Positions 1-10,241 of a DNA stretch of 64,000 nt are shown here, piece after piece. How positions within the stretch are numbered: position 1 is the stretch's first letter; every line of letters starts with the position of its first letter. The notes under the pieces were generated by a model. The model was not told the DNA's origin, searched no databases, and worked only from the letters and a program-made list of their open reading frames with translations. The stretch is from a virus (taxonomy: Duplodnaviria; Caudoviricetes), in IMG/VR virus record IMGVR_UViG_3300027759_000001; one strand, written 5' to 3'. The position numbers were made by a program, and so were the translations under genes.

Positions 1-1
1 T

Positions 2-1966
2 TTAGCACCTGGTAATTATGTAGGTACAGTAACTGATAGTACGGGTTGTTCACAAACTTTAAATATTTATATTAATAATTCTAATGGGGTATTATTTGAT
101 TTAATTGTAACTCAACCAACAAGTGGTAATAATGGTCAAATTGATACTATTATATATAACGGAACACCAACATTTACATATGATTGGAGTCCAAACGTTA
201 ATGGTCAAACAGGATCAACCGTTACATCATTAAGTGGTGGTACATATAGTTTGGAGTTAACAGATTCAAGTGGATGTACATATGTAAAAACGGTTACTTT
301 AACAGGAACTAATAAAAAATTAAGTTATCAAACATATAACATATGTAATGATAATTTCCAAAATACGGGAATACTTGGTAAACGAGGTATGCAACAAATG
401 TTATCCGAAGGTTTTGCAGATTTAACATATGATGATACTGGATGTGTTATTATTAGTGCTGATTTTATCGCGGATATTACCGTTGATGGTGTAAATACTC
501 AAGAGTCCTTTTATGTTTCATCAGGATTAACGGATTATCCATCTGATTATACTTGGGGTCAAACTCTTATTGGAATTTTAGAAAGTTATGATGGTATCAG
601 TAAAGTTGAAATAGATTATGCGACTAATGAAATAAAAATTTATAATAAATGTGTTGAAATTGATGAATGTCAACCTCAAACTATTTATTATTTATCTGAT
701 GCAAATATTGTGATCAATTTGAAATTGGAATATAACATTTCTTGTTATCAATGTATTGTAACACCAACACCAACACCAACACAAACTTTAACACAAACAG
801 TAACGCCAACACAAACTTTAACACCTACGCAAACATTAACGCAAACTTTAACACAAACGGTAACTCCAACACAAACTTTAACATCAACACCAGGGTTATC
901 ACCTACGTCTACACCTACGCAAACATTAACACAAACGGTAGTACCAACGACTACACCTACGTTAACGCAAACGGTAACTCAAACATTAGATCCAACTGCA
1001 ACTCCAACACCTACACCTACATTAACACAAACATTAGCACCAACTGCAACTCCAACACCTACATTAACACAAACGTTAACACAAACATTAGCACCAACTG
1101 CAACTCCAACACCTACATTAACACAAACGTTAACGCAAACATTAGCACCAACTGCAACTCCAACACCTACATTAACACAAACGTTAACACAAACATTAGC
1201 ACCAACTGAGACTCCTACACCTACATTAACACAAACATTAACGCAAACAGTTACAAGAACTTTAACTCCAACTCCAACTAATACTCAGACATTAACACAA
1301 ACATTAGCGCCAACTGAGACTCCTACACCTACATTAACACAAACGTTAACACAAACATTAGCGCCAACTGAGACTCCTACACCTACATTAACACAAACAG
1401 TTACGCAAACATTAGCACCAACTGAGACTCCTACACCTACATTAACACAAACACCTACGCCTACATTATCACCAACGTCTACACCTACGCCTACATTAAC
1501 ACAAACGGTAACACCAACTCCAACACCAGCAACATTTGCTGATTGTATTGAAGGGACTATACCAAAGTATACTAATTACGACTATTACCCATGTTGTTAT
1601 CCTTACTCAAAAATAATTGGAACAACTGGTGGTTCTCCGGAGACTGTATGTTATAATCCTTTTTCTGCTTCCACAAATGTTACTCCAGTTTCACCTCAAG
1701 TAATTTGTAATATACCCCTATTAACTAGTTGTTGTCAAATTCAATTGGGTTACGATTTATCTGACAGTGTTGTGGCTTGTGGGGCGGTACAATCAACATA
1801 CTATATAAGTACCCCTTGTAAGGCTACTAGTTGTGATTTGAATGGTGCGTTCGCAATCTATACAGATAACTCTTGTACTACATTAGCACCTGACGGATAT
1901 TATTCGGATGGTATTGACTATGGATCACAATCTGGTGGAGTTTTTGCTTTTGTTGGTCCATGTTAA
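2..1966 (+). CDS. 5'-truncated virion-type protein with SprB-like repeats, a long Thr/Pro mucin-like tract and a Cys-rich C-terminus
   Basis: The frame of the 251..1966 ORF is open back to base 2 (LAPGNYVGTVTDSTGC...GTYSLELTDSSGC, SprB-like); TQTLAPTATPTP repeats follow. Confidence 0.8.
   Translation, partial: LAPGNYVGTVTDSTGCSQTLNIYINNSNGVLFDLIVTQPTSGNNGQIDTIIYNGTPTFTYDWSPNVNGQTGSTVTSLSGGTYSLELTDSSGCTYVKTVTLTGTNKKLSYQTYNICNDNFQNTGILGKRGMQQMLSEGFADLTYDDTGCVIISADFIADITVDGVNTQESFYVSSGLTDYPSDYTWGQTLIGILESYDGISKVEIDYATNEIKIYNKCVEIDECQPQTIYYLSDANIVINLKLEYNISCYQCIVTPTPTPTQTLTQTVTPTQTLTPTQTLTQTLTQTVTPTQTLTSTPGLSPTSTPTQTLTQTVVPTTTPTLTQTVTQTLDPTATPTPTPTLTQTLAPTATPTPTLTQTLTQTLAPTATPTPTLTQTLTQTLAPTATPTPTLTQTLTQTLAPTETPTPTLTQTLTQTVTRTLTPTPTNTQTLTQTLAPTETPTPTLTQTLTQTLAPTETPTPTLTQTVTQTLAPTETPTPTLTQTPTPTLSPTSTPTPTLTQTVTPTPTPATFADCIEGTIPKYTNYDYYPCCYPYSKIIGTTGGSPETVCYNPFSASTNVTPVSPQVICNIPLLTSCCQIQLGYDLSDSVVACGAVQSTYYISTPCKATSCDLNGAFAIYTDNSCTTLAPDGYYSDGIDYGSQSGGVFAFVGPC
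760..1530 (+). repeat. Imperfect tandem coding repeats (TLTQTLAPT[A/E]TPTP)
   Basis: Recurring cctacattaacacaaac and ttagcaccaactg units. Confidence 0.9.
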
Positions 1967-2061
1967 AAATATAATTAAATATTTGTAATGTCGTAATTTC
2001 ATTATCAAAACCTTTTTGATATAAAATTCACTTTTATTTATTATATAATATCTTTTAATAT

Positions 2062-3036
2062 ATGGAAAATATTCTTTTTGTAACCGCACAACCTGACGTA
2101 CCTTATTTTCATTGGCAAGTAAAATTATATACTCATAATTTTATTGATAAAGGAATTAAACCTTGTCAGATCCATGTAATTTTTGGATTACAAAAAAAAC
2201 AACAACCATCAAAAGGAGCATTAGAATTATGTGATTATGGTTACAATGTTCATTTCTACGATGACGACAGAGATAATAAATCTTATATACCAAGTATTAA
2301 ACCATATTTAATTTACCAATGGTTAAAGGAGTATCCTGAAAATAGTAAATTGTTTTTTCTTCATGATTCTGATATTATATTCAATAGATTACCTGATTTT
2401 GATAAATTATTAAATGATAATATTTCTTATTTATCTGACACCATAGGGTATATTGGTTACAACTACATTAAAGATTGTTGTGATAGATATGAGAAACAAC
2501 ACCCATCATCAAACAAAGAACAATTATTTCAAGAAATGGCTGACATAATTGGAATTGATGTTGATCTAATTAAACAAAATCAAGAAAATTCAGGTGGAGG
2601 TCAATACCTAATCAAAAATACGGATCCACTATTATGGGCTAAGATTTATGATGATTGTACACCATTATATAACCAAATGTTAGATTATCAAAAAAGATTT
2701 CCAATCAACCCTGGTCAAATACAATTTTGGACTGCAGAAATGTGGTCATTATTATGGAATATGTGGAATTCGGGATATAAGACAAAAATCACAAATGAAT
2801 TTGATTTTTCTTGGGCAACTGACGATATTAATATTTATAATGAAAAACCAATATTACATATGGCAGGTGTGACTGACCAATTAAAAACTACAAAATTTTA
2901 TAAGGGAGATTTCATAAACAGGAATCCAATTGAGGATTTAAGGAATGATAGTAGTTACTTCAATTATGTGGATAAAAATAGTTCCACAATTAAATATATT
3001 GAAGTAATGGAGTCATTTTTAGAAAAAAATAAATAA
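2062..3036 (+). CDS. Putative peptide O-glycosyltransferase (HPAT/SGT1-like, GT-A fold)
   Basis: YFHWQ motif, DxD motif (LHDSDIIF) and WTAEMW motif, resembling plant SGT1 YFDWQ / DADMI / WISEMY. Confidence 0.55.
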   Translation: MENILFVTAQPDVPYFHWQVKLYTHNFIDKGIKPCQIHVIFGLQKKQQPSKGALELCDYGYNVHFYDDDRDNKSYIPSIKPYLIYQWLKEYPENSKLFFLHDSDIIFNRLPDFDKLLNDNISYLSDTIGYIGYNYIKDCCDRYEKQHPSSNKEQLFQEMADIIGIDVDLIKQNQENSGGGQYLIKNTDPLLWAKIYDDCTPLYNQMLDYQKRFPINPGQIQFWTAEMWSLLWNMWNSGYKTKITNEFDFSWATDDINIYNEKPILHMAGVTDQLKTTKFYKGDFINRNPIEDLRNDSSYFNYVDKNSSTIKYIEVMESFLEKNK

Positions 3037-3053
3037 CTGATTATTTATTAGTA

Positions 3054-4379
3054 ATGGGAACTCAACCGATAATAGTAAAACCTGTAAATGAATGTGCAAT
3101 AATAACGTTATTTCCAATGACGGCTATATGTAATAGTATTAATCCAAGTACACCACAATCTTACGATGGATCAGTTAGTGTTTTGGTTAGTGGTGGTACT
3201 CCACCATATAATATTACTTGGGAAGAAGGTGGATCTGGACCAACAAAGTCTAATATTGGTGTTGGTAATTATCACGCAACCATAGTTGATTTTTATGGTG
3301 ATTTTACTGCAAATACAATATGTAGTTTAACTGCGGAAACAACCACAACCACAACTTCCACTTCAACAACTACTTTACCTGTTTATAGTGGTTTATGTAT
3401 GTATTTTACAAATACACATGGACCTAACTCGGAGACACATCAATTTTTATTTAATGGGTATTTAAATGGACAACCTACTTGGAAATCTGATGATAATTTA
3501 TATGATATATATTGGAGTACAGGAACAACAAATCAATGGTTAGTTGATGGATGGAGTAATGGTATTATTTATAATTCAAATACATCCACACCTCCATTAA
3601 CAGGATGGCAATTCTTAGGTGGAAGTTATTCTGCGTCATATGTAATTACTGTATTGGAAGGGGTTTGTGTGAGTAATCCTATGATTAATATGTCAATAAG
3701 TAAACAAGCACCAACTTGTGTTAATAATGGTAGTATTATTATAACTGCAAATGGTGGAACACCGGCATACCAATATTCAATTAATGGAGGAACTACGTAT
3801 CAATCAAGTCCGGTATTTAGTAATTTAGGTAGTGGTATTTATAGTGTTATGGCTAAAGATTCAAATAATATAACCACAACACAAAGTGTTACATTAACAT
3901 CAGCATCTGTTATTAACACTTATCAAATTCAATTACTTTTAACTGGTCCTAATTCTTTTAATATTCTAGTAACACCTACATTACCTAGTGGTACGTTTAT
4001 TACTTTTAATTTAACACATAATAGTACATTTAAATTAGCTCCTTCACCAACTGTGGCAACATATAATAATTTAGTTACGGTTATTGTTAATGGGACTCCA
4101 ATAACAACACCATCACCTATCTTAACTACAAGTACAACGTTTAATCCTTGTGATTCAGGATCAATTTACACAAAGATTAATGTAACTAATTGGAATACAA
4201 TAACATTTAATTCGTCAACTACAATAAGTGGTACTTTTACAAATACTATAAACCCAATAACACCTTTAGTTAATTGTTATAATGTTAGTGGTCAAAGTAA
4301 AATATTAATTAATAATGCTAAGTTGAATAAATGTGAATGTTGTAATCTTATAGTTAAAAATCCATCATATAATAAATAA
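3054..4379 (+). CDS. Thr-rich structural or adhesin-like protein with SprB-like repeats
   Basis: VSGGTPPYNITW and ANGGTPAYQYSINGG SprB-type motifs; poly-Thr linker; TATTTAT upstream. Confidence 0.65.
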   Translation: MGTQPIIVKPVNECAIITLFPMTAICNSINPSTPQSYDGSVSVLVSGGTPPYNITWEEGGSGPTKSNIGVGNYHATIVDFYGDFTANTICSLTAETTTTTTSTSTTTLPVYSGLCMYFTNTHGPNSETHQFLFNGYLNGQPTWKSDDNLYDIYWSTGTTNQWLVDGWSNGIIYNSNTSTPPLTGWQFLGGSYSASYVITVLEGVCVSNPMINMSISKQAPTCVNNGSIIITANGGTPAYQYSINGGTTYQSSPVFSNLGSGIYSVMAKDSNNITTTQSVTLTSASVINTYQIQLLLTGPNSFNILVTPTLPSGTFITFNLTHNSTFKLAPSPTVATYNNLVTVIVNGTPITTPSPILTTSTTFNPCDSGSIYTKINVTNWNTITFNSSTTISGTFTNTINPITPLVNCYNVSGQSKILINNAKLNKCECCNLIVKNPSYNK

Positions 4380-4409
4380 AAATTAACTAATAAACTATTT
4401 ATTGATTAA

Positions 4410-6923
4410 ATGAGTTATATATTAAAAAATACATCAGGGTTAGTTAACACTAGGATTACTGATACCGGAAGGTTAAAATTATCACAAGGTAATTTTAACA
4501 TATCTTATTTCCAAATTGGAGATAGTGAAGTGTCATATAATGAATTACCAAACACTTATAATCAATCAAATAGTGTTGTTTTAGAACCAAGTTTTAATAG
4601 TCAAAATAATGCTGGATCTCCTGAATCAAACAAACAAAATATTAAATACCCATATTATGTTGATGACAATAATAGTAATACTTATGGTATACCATTTATG
4701 GATTCTGTTATTGAACCTGTTTATAATAGAGCCCCACTAAGAGGATTTTTTACAGGTAATACAACTGCATCAACAATTAATTATAGTGCATTTACAGGAT
4801 CAAAATATGTTGTCACATCCAATTATATTGTTGATATGTCAACATTAGATGGTTCAAATCAAATAACAATTATTCAAGATATATGCGACCCAACAAATAC
4901 CAGTAAACCTGGTGTTGGAGATTTTATTACAATATATTATGATGGTTTAGCAAAATACGATTGTTCTTGTGTTAATTTACCGACACCGACACCAACGGCA
5001 ACAATAGGTACTACACCAACATTAACTAATACTCCCACTGCGTCAAATACTAATCTTGACCCGTGTGCGTCACCAACACCAACACCAACTCCATCGGCAA
5101 CACCTTGTTTGACACCATCAAATAAACCCGTTTGTCCTATACCACCTGACCCTTCATGTGTTAAACCTGTTCATTCATGTTTTCCAATATTAACATATCG
5201 GATTATTGATATATGTGAGAATAATGTGACTTTGGATAGACCAACACCTAATTATATTGGGTTAAGTACATATTGTTTTGGTAGAGTATTGGTATATCCA
5301 CCAAATATGACAACAATATACGATAGTATCACACCTCGTCCACATTGGTCAGATGATGTTATTAATTTTGAGTCAATTTGTGATATTGATCAGTTTGATG
5401 TGAAAGTATGGAATATGAATATTCCTTGGACGGAAAGTCCTGCGGGGTTAAGATCTACTGAATATGAAGATTATACTTATTTTGGTTCTATTGATTATAT
5501 TGGTAGTAAAGAATATTTTGGATACAATTCTACATCAGGACAAACTGATACAAGTTATGTGTATTATTATAACTCATTTGATGAAATTGTTCAGGTTAAA
5601 CCTGAGGAACAGAAGGCAATTGCAATTATACATTATACAAATCAAACTATAGATTTCTTCTATGGTGAGAAATTTGCGTTAGAACCTTATAATAACTCAA
5701 ACCCTGAAGATACAACAGGACAAGCAAGAAACTTTAAATTACATATGCCTACATTAATGTGGCATAAAAATCCTGAGTGTTGTTATGGTCAAACATTTTG
5801 GGTTGATCCTCCGGGATTTGAAGAAAAAGGTTTATTCCAAGTTCAATATATTAAGTCAACTAAGAATACTGATATGAATCAACCTGGTATTCGTTATTAT
5901 CACTTGTGGGACACTAATGCAAATGCGGATGGATTACCAAGTAGAGTTGGTAAAGTATTCCCTGATAGTAAATTAATTATTATTGATGATGAGGAAATTA
6001 TTGCGGCGTTATCATACAAGTCAAATAGAAACTGGACATTACCGGCACCACAGGTGTCTTTAATAACTCCTAATACTTGTGGTTTAACTACCTCAACAAC
6101 TGAAGGTATTTTAACAGGTAGTAGTGAAACTATGTTTGTTACTTATAGATTAAGTAATCCTTATAATTTTACTAATTCATTACATTCTAATTATTATTCT
6201 AAAATAATGGGTAATAATAATGATTGTAATCCTGACACATCTAAAAATGTAGCAGTTAGATTTGGTGCTGAGTTTAAATGTTTAACACAACCTGGATATA
6301 ATCCTGTTACAACTACAACAACTTATTCTCCATTAACAACTACTACAACTTATTTACCATTAACGACTACTACGACAACACATTGTCCAACTACTTGTGA
6401 TACACCTAATGGATTCTTTGCGACTAACTTCCAAGTAATTGCACAAAAAGTGGTAACAGGACAAAGACCTGATCCATCTAAATGGAAAGTTATTGACTAC
6501 ACTAGTTCGTTATCGGCAACAACAATAAATGGGTATATAACTGAAGATGGTTTAACTGGAACAACATTTGTTATTACACCTGATCTTTATAATAATTCAC
6601 CATATTATAATCTTAATAATTTTATTCCATTAACACCACTTGGTACTACCACACCTAATCTTAATTTTGGTGATGAGTACTATTTCTATGGGTCTTTTGA
6701 AAGTGATATACAGGCAACAATTTATGAGATGAGGTATAAAGTAAATTTAAGTTTCGCTGAATTCCAAACCACAACAAATCCTACATGGAAAAAAGGATCT
6801 AATTCTTATGTCACTGAGATTGCGTTACTTGATAGTAATAAAGATGTTATGGTTGTTTCTAAGATGCAATCACCGGTATTAAGACAAGGTATACAACAGT
6901 TTGTGGTTAAGTTAGATTTGTAA
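4410..6923 (+). CDS. Tail/baseplate-type structural protein with inserted TPTP and poly-T linkers
   Basis: N-terminal NTRITDTGRLKL..YFQIGDSE and C-terminal YVTEIALLDSNKDVMVVSKM motifs resemble tail-collar/baseplate proteins. Confidence 0.55.
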   Translation: MSYILKNTSGLVNTRITDTGRLKLSQGNFNISYFQIGDSEVSYNELPNTYNQSNSVVLEPSFNSQNNAGSPESNKQNIKYPYYVDDNNSNTYGIPFMDSVIEPVYNRAPLRGFFTGNTTASTINYSAFTGSKYVVTSNYIVDMSTLDGSNQITIIQDICDPTNTSKPGVGDFITIYYDGLAKYDCSCVNLPTPTPTATIGTTPTLTNTPTASNTNLDPCASPTPTPTPSATPCLTPSNKPVCPIPPDPSCVKPVHSCFPILTYRIIDICENNVTLDRPTPNYIGLSTYCFGRVLVYPPNMTTIYDSITPRPHWSDDVINFESICDIDQFDVKVWNMNIPWTESPAGLRSTEYEDYTYFGSIDYIGSKEYFGYNSTSGQTDTSYVYYYNSFDEIVQVKPEEQKAIAIIHYTNQTIDFFYGEKFALEPYNNSNPEDTTGQARNFKLHMPTLMWHKNPECCYGQTFWVDPPGFEEKGLFQVQYIKSTKNTDMNQPGIRYYHLWDTNANADGLPSRVGKVFPDSKLIIIDDEEIIAALSYKSNRNWTLPAPQVSLITPNTCGLTTSTTEGILTGSSETMFVTYRLSNPYNFTNSLHSNYYSKIMGNNNDCNPDTSKNVAVRFGAEFKCLTQPGYNPVTTTTTYSPLTTTTTYLPLTTTTTTHCPTTCDTPNGFFATNFQVIAQKVVTGQRPDPSKWKVIDYTSSLSATTINGYITEDGLTGTTFVITPDLYNNSPYYNLNNFIPLTPLGTTTPNLNFGDEYYFYGSFESDIQATIYEMRYKVNLSFAEFQTTTNPTWKKGSNSYVTEIALLDSNKDVMVVSKMQSPVLRQGIQQFVVKLDL

Positions 6924-6974
6924 AAAACTTTAGTTTTAACATCTTACTATTATATTATAATAAAACAATCTTTT

Positions 6975-7583
6975 ATGAGGACACCAATGAAAAATTCACC
7001 TAAAGTATTGGGATTAGACATCTCAACTAAAACAATAGGGTGGGCACTCTTTGATATTAAAACACAAGATTTATTAGAATTAACTCACGTATCTCCAAGA
7101 CCTAAAAATAAAGATACTGAGGAAAATAAGATGTTAGAATTAATATTAAAATCTGAAGTATTCAAAACTAAATTAGAGGATTATAAAAAATTAGGGATTG
7201 TAAGTGTTATTATTGAAGAACCATTATTAAACTCTAATAATGTTTATACAATCCAAACTTTATTAAGATTTAATACGTTAATATGTAAAACAATTTATGA
7301 TGTGTTAGGTATTGTTCCTGAATTTATATCAACTTATAACTCAAGAAAATTTGCATTCCCCGAATTAGTTCAAGAAAATGATAAAAAGAAACACGTTTTA
7401 TTTGGAGGACTTCCTAAGGACATTGATAAGAAAATGATCATATGGGAGTTGGTTGCAAAAAAAGAACCTCAGATCCAATGGCAATATACAAGAAACAATA
7501 CTTTGAAGAAAGAAAACTTTGACCAAACAGATGCTTATGCTTGTGTGTTAGGTTATATGAGAAGTAAAGAAATTTGGAATTAA
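6975..7583 (+). CDS. ruvC: RuvC-like Holliday junction resolvase
   Basis: VLGLDISTKTIGWA, IIEEP and DQTDAYA catalytic acidic motifs. Confidence 0.8.
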   Translation: MRTPMKNSPKVLGLDISTKTIGWALFDIKTQDLLELTHVSPRPKNKDTEENKMLELILKSEVFKTKLEDYKKLGIVSVIIEEPLLNSNNVYTIQTLLRFNTLICKTIYDVLGIVPEFISTYNSRKFAFPELVQENDKKKHVLFGGLPKDIDKKMIIWELVAKKEPQIQWQYTRNNTLKKENFDQTDAYACVLGYMRSKEIWN

Positions 7584-7609
7584 TATCGTTTAATTTACCG
7601 ATAATTTAG

Positions 7610-7640
7610 AATATCGTCTTTTCGGACGATATTTTTTTTT
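7610..7640. terminator. Intrinsic terminator between convergent genes
   Basis: AATATCGTC-TTTTCG-GACGATATT followed by a T run. Confidence 0.85.
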
Positions 7641-7651
7641 ATTTATAAATT

Positions 7652-9934
7652 TTAATTAGTTGCACAATACCCACCAACTACTACAGTGATTATAACAAAA
7701 CTTGATGTTGATGTTGGTACGGAACTTGAACACGTTTTATTATACTTTTGAGAATTAATAGTTTGTATTATTGGTAAACCTGTGCCACAGTCGGTATATG
7801 TATATGTTAAAGGTTGAATAAAAGTGTTATTTATTAAGTATTGTATACAAGCAGGACGTGTTAATGTAGGTGTTGGTGTTGGCGTACCTGTTGGTGTTGG
7901 TGTTGGTGTTTGAGTGTTTACAATTAAACATTGTGAACAATACCCTTCAGATTCAGGACCTAAAATATTTGTTAAAACTATAGTACTAACACCACCAATA
8001 TCACTTACAAATCCATCATACACAACACAAGTAGATATACCATTAATAAATGATTCATATACATATCCTTTATCTGGTGTATTACCTAAAGGATCTAAAA
8101 CAACATCTGTTGTGTAATATAAGAACCCTGTATTACATTCTTTAAAACGTTTACTACCATTACATATAATATAATCGTCAAACGTGTTAAACACGACTGA
8201 CCCATCAAAATTACAATTATATTGTGGTGATGGGGTTGGAGTTGCAATCATTTTACCACTTGTTGCGGTAGGTGTCGGTGTTAATACATTTGCAGTTACC
8301 GATATTCCTTTACCACCACAAATTTCAGTTGCGGTAGGTGTTTGGGTTGGTGTAGGTGTTGGAGTTCCAGTTACGGTTGCCGTCGGGGTTAAAGGTAACT
8401 CACAATCAAACGCAGCTTCAAAAGATATTGGTTGACAATATTGTGTTGGTGTTGGAGTTGGAGTAGGACAAGATCCATTAGTGAAAAAATCATCACATAA
8501 ATCAGGACAATCAGTATTACAAGGTGATGGACCAAATAAATAACAATCACCATCTAATGAGTCTGACAAACACCAACGATTGCTATCTGATGAAAAATAA
8601 ATAACTAAACCATTTGTTTGACCAAGCCAAAAAAGTTGTTCATTCCATGTACCACCACTAATATATGTATCATCATAAGCAATGTCACCTGTTGAAATAC
8701 AATAAGATTCATAAGGACATATAATTGGTGGTTCGGGGCAAATATCGCAAAAATTATATTTAACACAGGTATTATCACAAGAATTATAAATATAACCTGA
8801 TGAGCAAGTGTAACCTGAAGTTGAATATACACCAGCATTAGATTGTACTAAAGTTGCTTGGGTTTTACCCGACGATGTAAATAAAATATTAAGATCCGAA
8901 TATAATGTTGCGGAATTTAATTCGGGTAATGTGTTATCATAAATTTCACAACCAAAACCACCATATGAATCATCATTTCGGCCATATAATTCAATAATGT
9001 GGTTACCTGAATTCAAAGTTAACGGGTAAATATTCCATCTTTTATATGTCTTACCCGCGGAGTCCCAATATGTTGATAAACTAGAGTCAACAATTGTGGT
9101 ACCATCAATTTTTAATTTAAAATCATTATCACCACCAATACCTATATAATATGTTTTTGTTTCTTCTATATCAATACATTGACTGAAACCAAGCCATACA
9201 TCATATGGAGGTGCGACAGTTGGATAACTAACAGTCCATACACCACATCTATTTAATGGGCCACCAGTGGTATTAAATAAGGGATTATCCCATAAAGTAT
9301 TTGAAGGTAATAGTACATAATCACCACCACCTGGGTTCGTAAAACCTAAAATACTATAACCTGGATTATAAACAAATGACCCATATACACTATATTGTGA
9401 ATACCCTATATCAACAAAAGATATTGGTGTTAAAGGAGCGGTTGCGGAAACAACCTCCAATGAATAACACTGAGTTTCACTATAAGCCGAATAACTTGGG
9501 CCGCATTCTATACAACTACCTGTACAAATTGTTGTTGGGGTAGGTGTTGGAGTAGGTGTTGATGTTAATACAGGTGTTGATATTGTTGCCGTTGGTGTTA
9601 GTGTTGGTGTTAGTGTTGGTGTCGGTGTTGGAGTACTTGTTTCTCTTGATGATGATGTTGTTGGTGTTGGTGTTGTTGTTAGTGTTGGGGTTGGGGTATT
9701 AGTTAAACAAGGATCAATATCGTCTATTCCTCCTTTAATATGATCAAGGTGGTAAAGATTAGTGCCGTTAGAATACCATGATAAATCAGTTGCCTGAGTT
9801 GAACAACCAGGGTTTGTATATAACATTTGTCCAATACTTAAACTATTACCATAAAGGGTAAGAGTAAATGGTCCTGAACACAACCCTGTTGGAGATGCGT
9901 TTCCAACTGTAAACGTTCCTAAATTAACACACAT
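7652..9934 (-). CDS. Cys/Thr/Pro-rich structural protein with a PA14-like domain
   Basis: GDNDFKLKIDG...LTLNSGNHIIELYG (PA14-like); several TPTPT tracts. Confidence 0.65.
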   Translation of the reverse strand: MCVNLGTFTVGNASPTGLCSGPFTLTLYGNSLSIGQMLYTNPGCSTQATDLSWYSNGTNLYHLDHIKGGIDDIDPCLTNTPTPTLTTTPTPTTSSSRETSTPTPTPTLTPTLTPTATISTPVLTSTPTPTPTPTTICTGSCIECGPSYSAYSETQCYSLEVVSATAPLTPISFVDIGYSQYSVYGSFVYNPGYSILGFTNPGGGDYVLLPSNTLWDNPLFNTTGGPLNRCGVWTVSYPTVAPPYDVWLGFSQCIDIEETKTYYIGIGGDNDFKLKIDGTTIVDSSLSTYWDSAGKTYKRWNIYPLTLNSGNHIIELYGRNDDSYGGFGCEIYDNTLPELNSATLYSDLNILFTSSGKTQATLVQSNAGVYSTSGYTCSSGYIYNSCDNTCVKYNFCDICPEPPIICPYESYCISTGDIAYDDTYISGGTWNEQLFWLGQTNGLVIYFSSDSNRWCLSDSLDGDCYLFGPSPCNTDCPDLCDDFFTNGSCPTPTPTPTQYCQPISFEAAFDCELPLTPTATVTGTPTPTPTQTPTATEICGGKGISVTANVLTPTPTATSGKMIATPTPSPQYNCNFDGSVVFNTFDDYIICNGSKRFKECNTGFLYYTTDVVLDPLGNTPDKGYVYESFINGISTCVVYDGFVSDIGGVSTIVLTNILGPESEGYCSQCLIVNTQTPTPTPTGTPTPTPTLTRPACIQYLINNTFIQPLTYTYTDCGTGLPIIQTINSQKYNKTCSSSVPTSTSSFVIITVVVGGYCATN

Positions 9935-10155
9935 TATAAATTAATATTTTCTATTATCACACAATCATTATCATCAATCACTTTAACCACAAAACTTGTA
10001 AATGAGGAAAAAATTGATGGAATCATAAAAGAATACGGTAAATTACCACTATTGATAGTTGATACATAAATACAAGTTGTGTATCCTGTATCACATACGT
10101 AAACATCATAAGGTGATATTCCGGTAATAGAAGTGATTGTAATGTTTGTATCCAT
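9934..10155 (-). CDS. Small beta-rich structural protein
   Basis: ORF coupled to the 7652..9934 gene; TATTTAT upstream on the minus strand (10174-10180). Confidence 0.65.
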   Translation of the reverse strand: MDTNITITSITGISPYDVYVCDTGYTTCIYVSTINSGNLPYSFMIPSIFSSFTSFVVKVIDDNDCVIIENINL

Positions 10156-10241
10156 ATATTTTTATTCTATTGTATAAATATAGTGGGAATGAAAAACTTG
10201 TGAAGTTGATTAACCGAATTAATTTACCTATATTACTAAAG

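Noticed and set aside
742-1209. 155-aa N/T-rich ORF
   Set aside because: Alternate-frame shadow of the TPT repeats in the real gene 2..1966.
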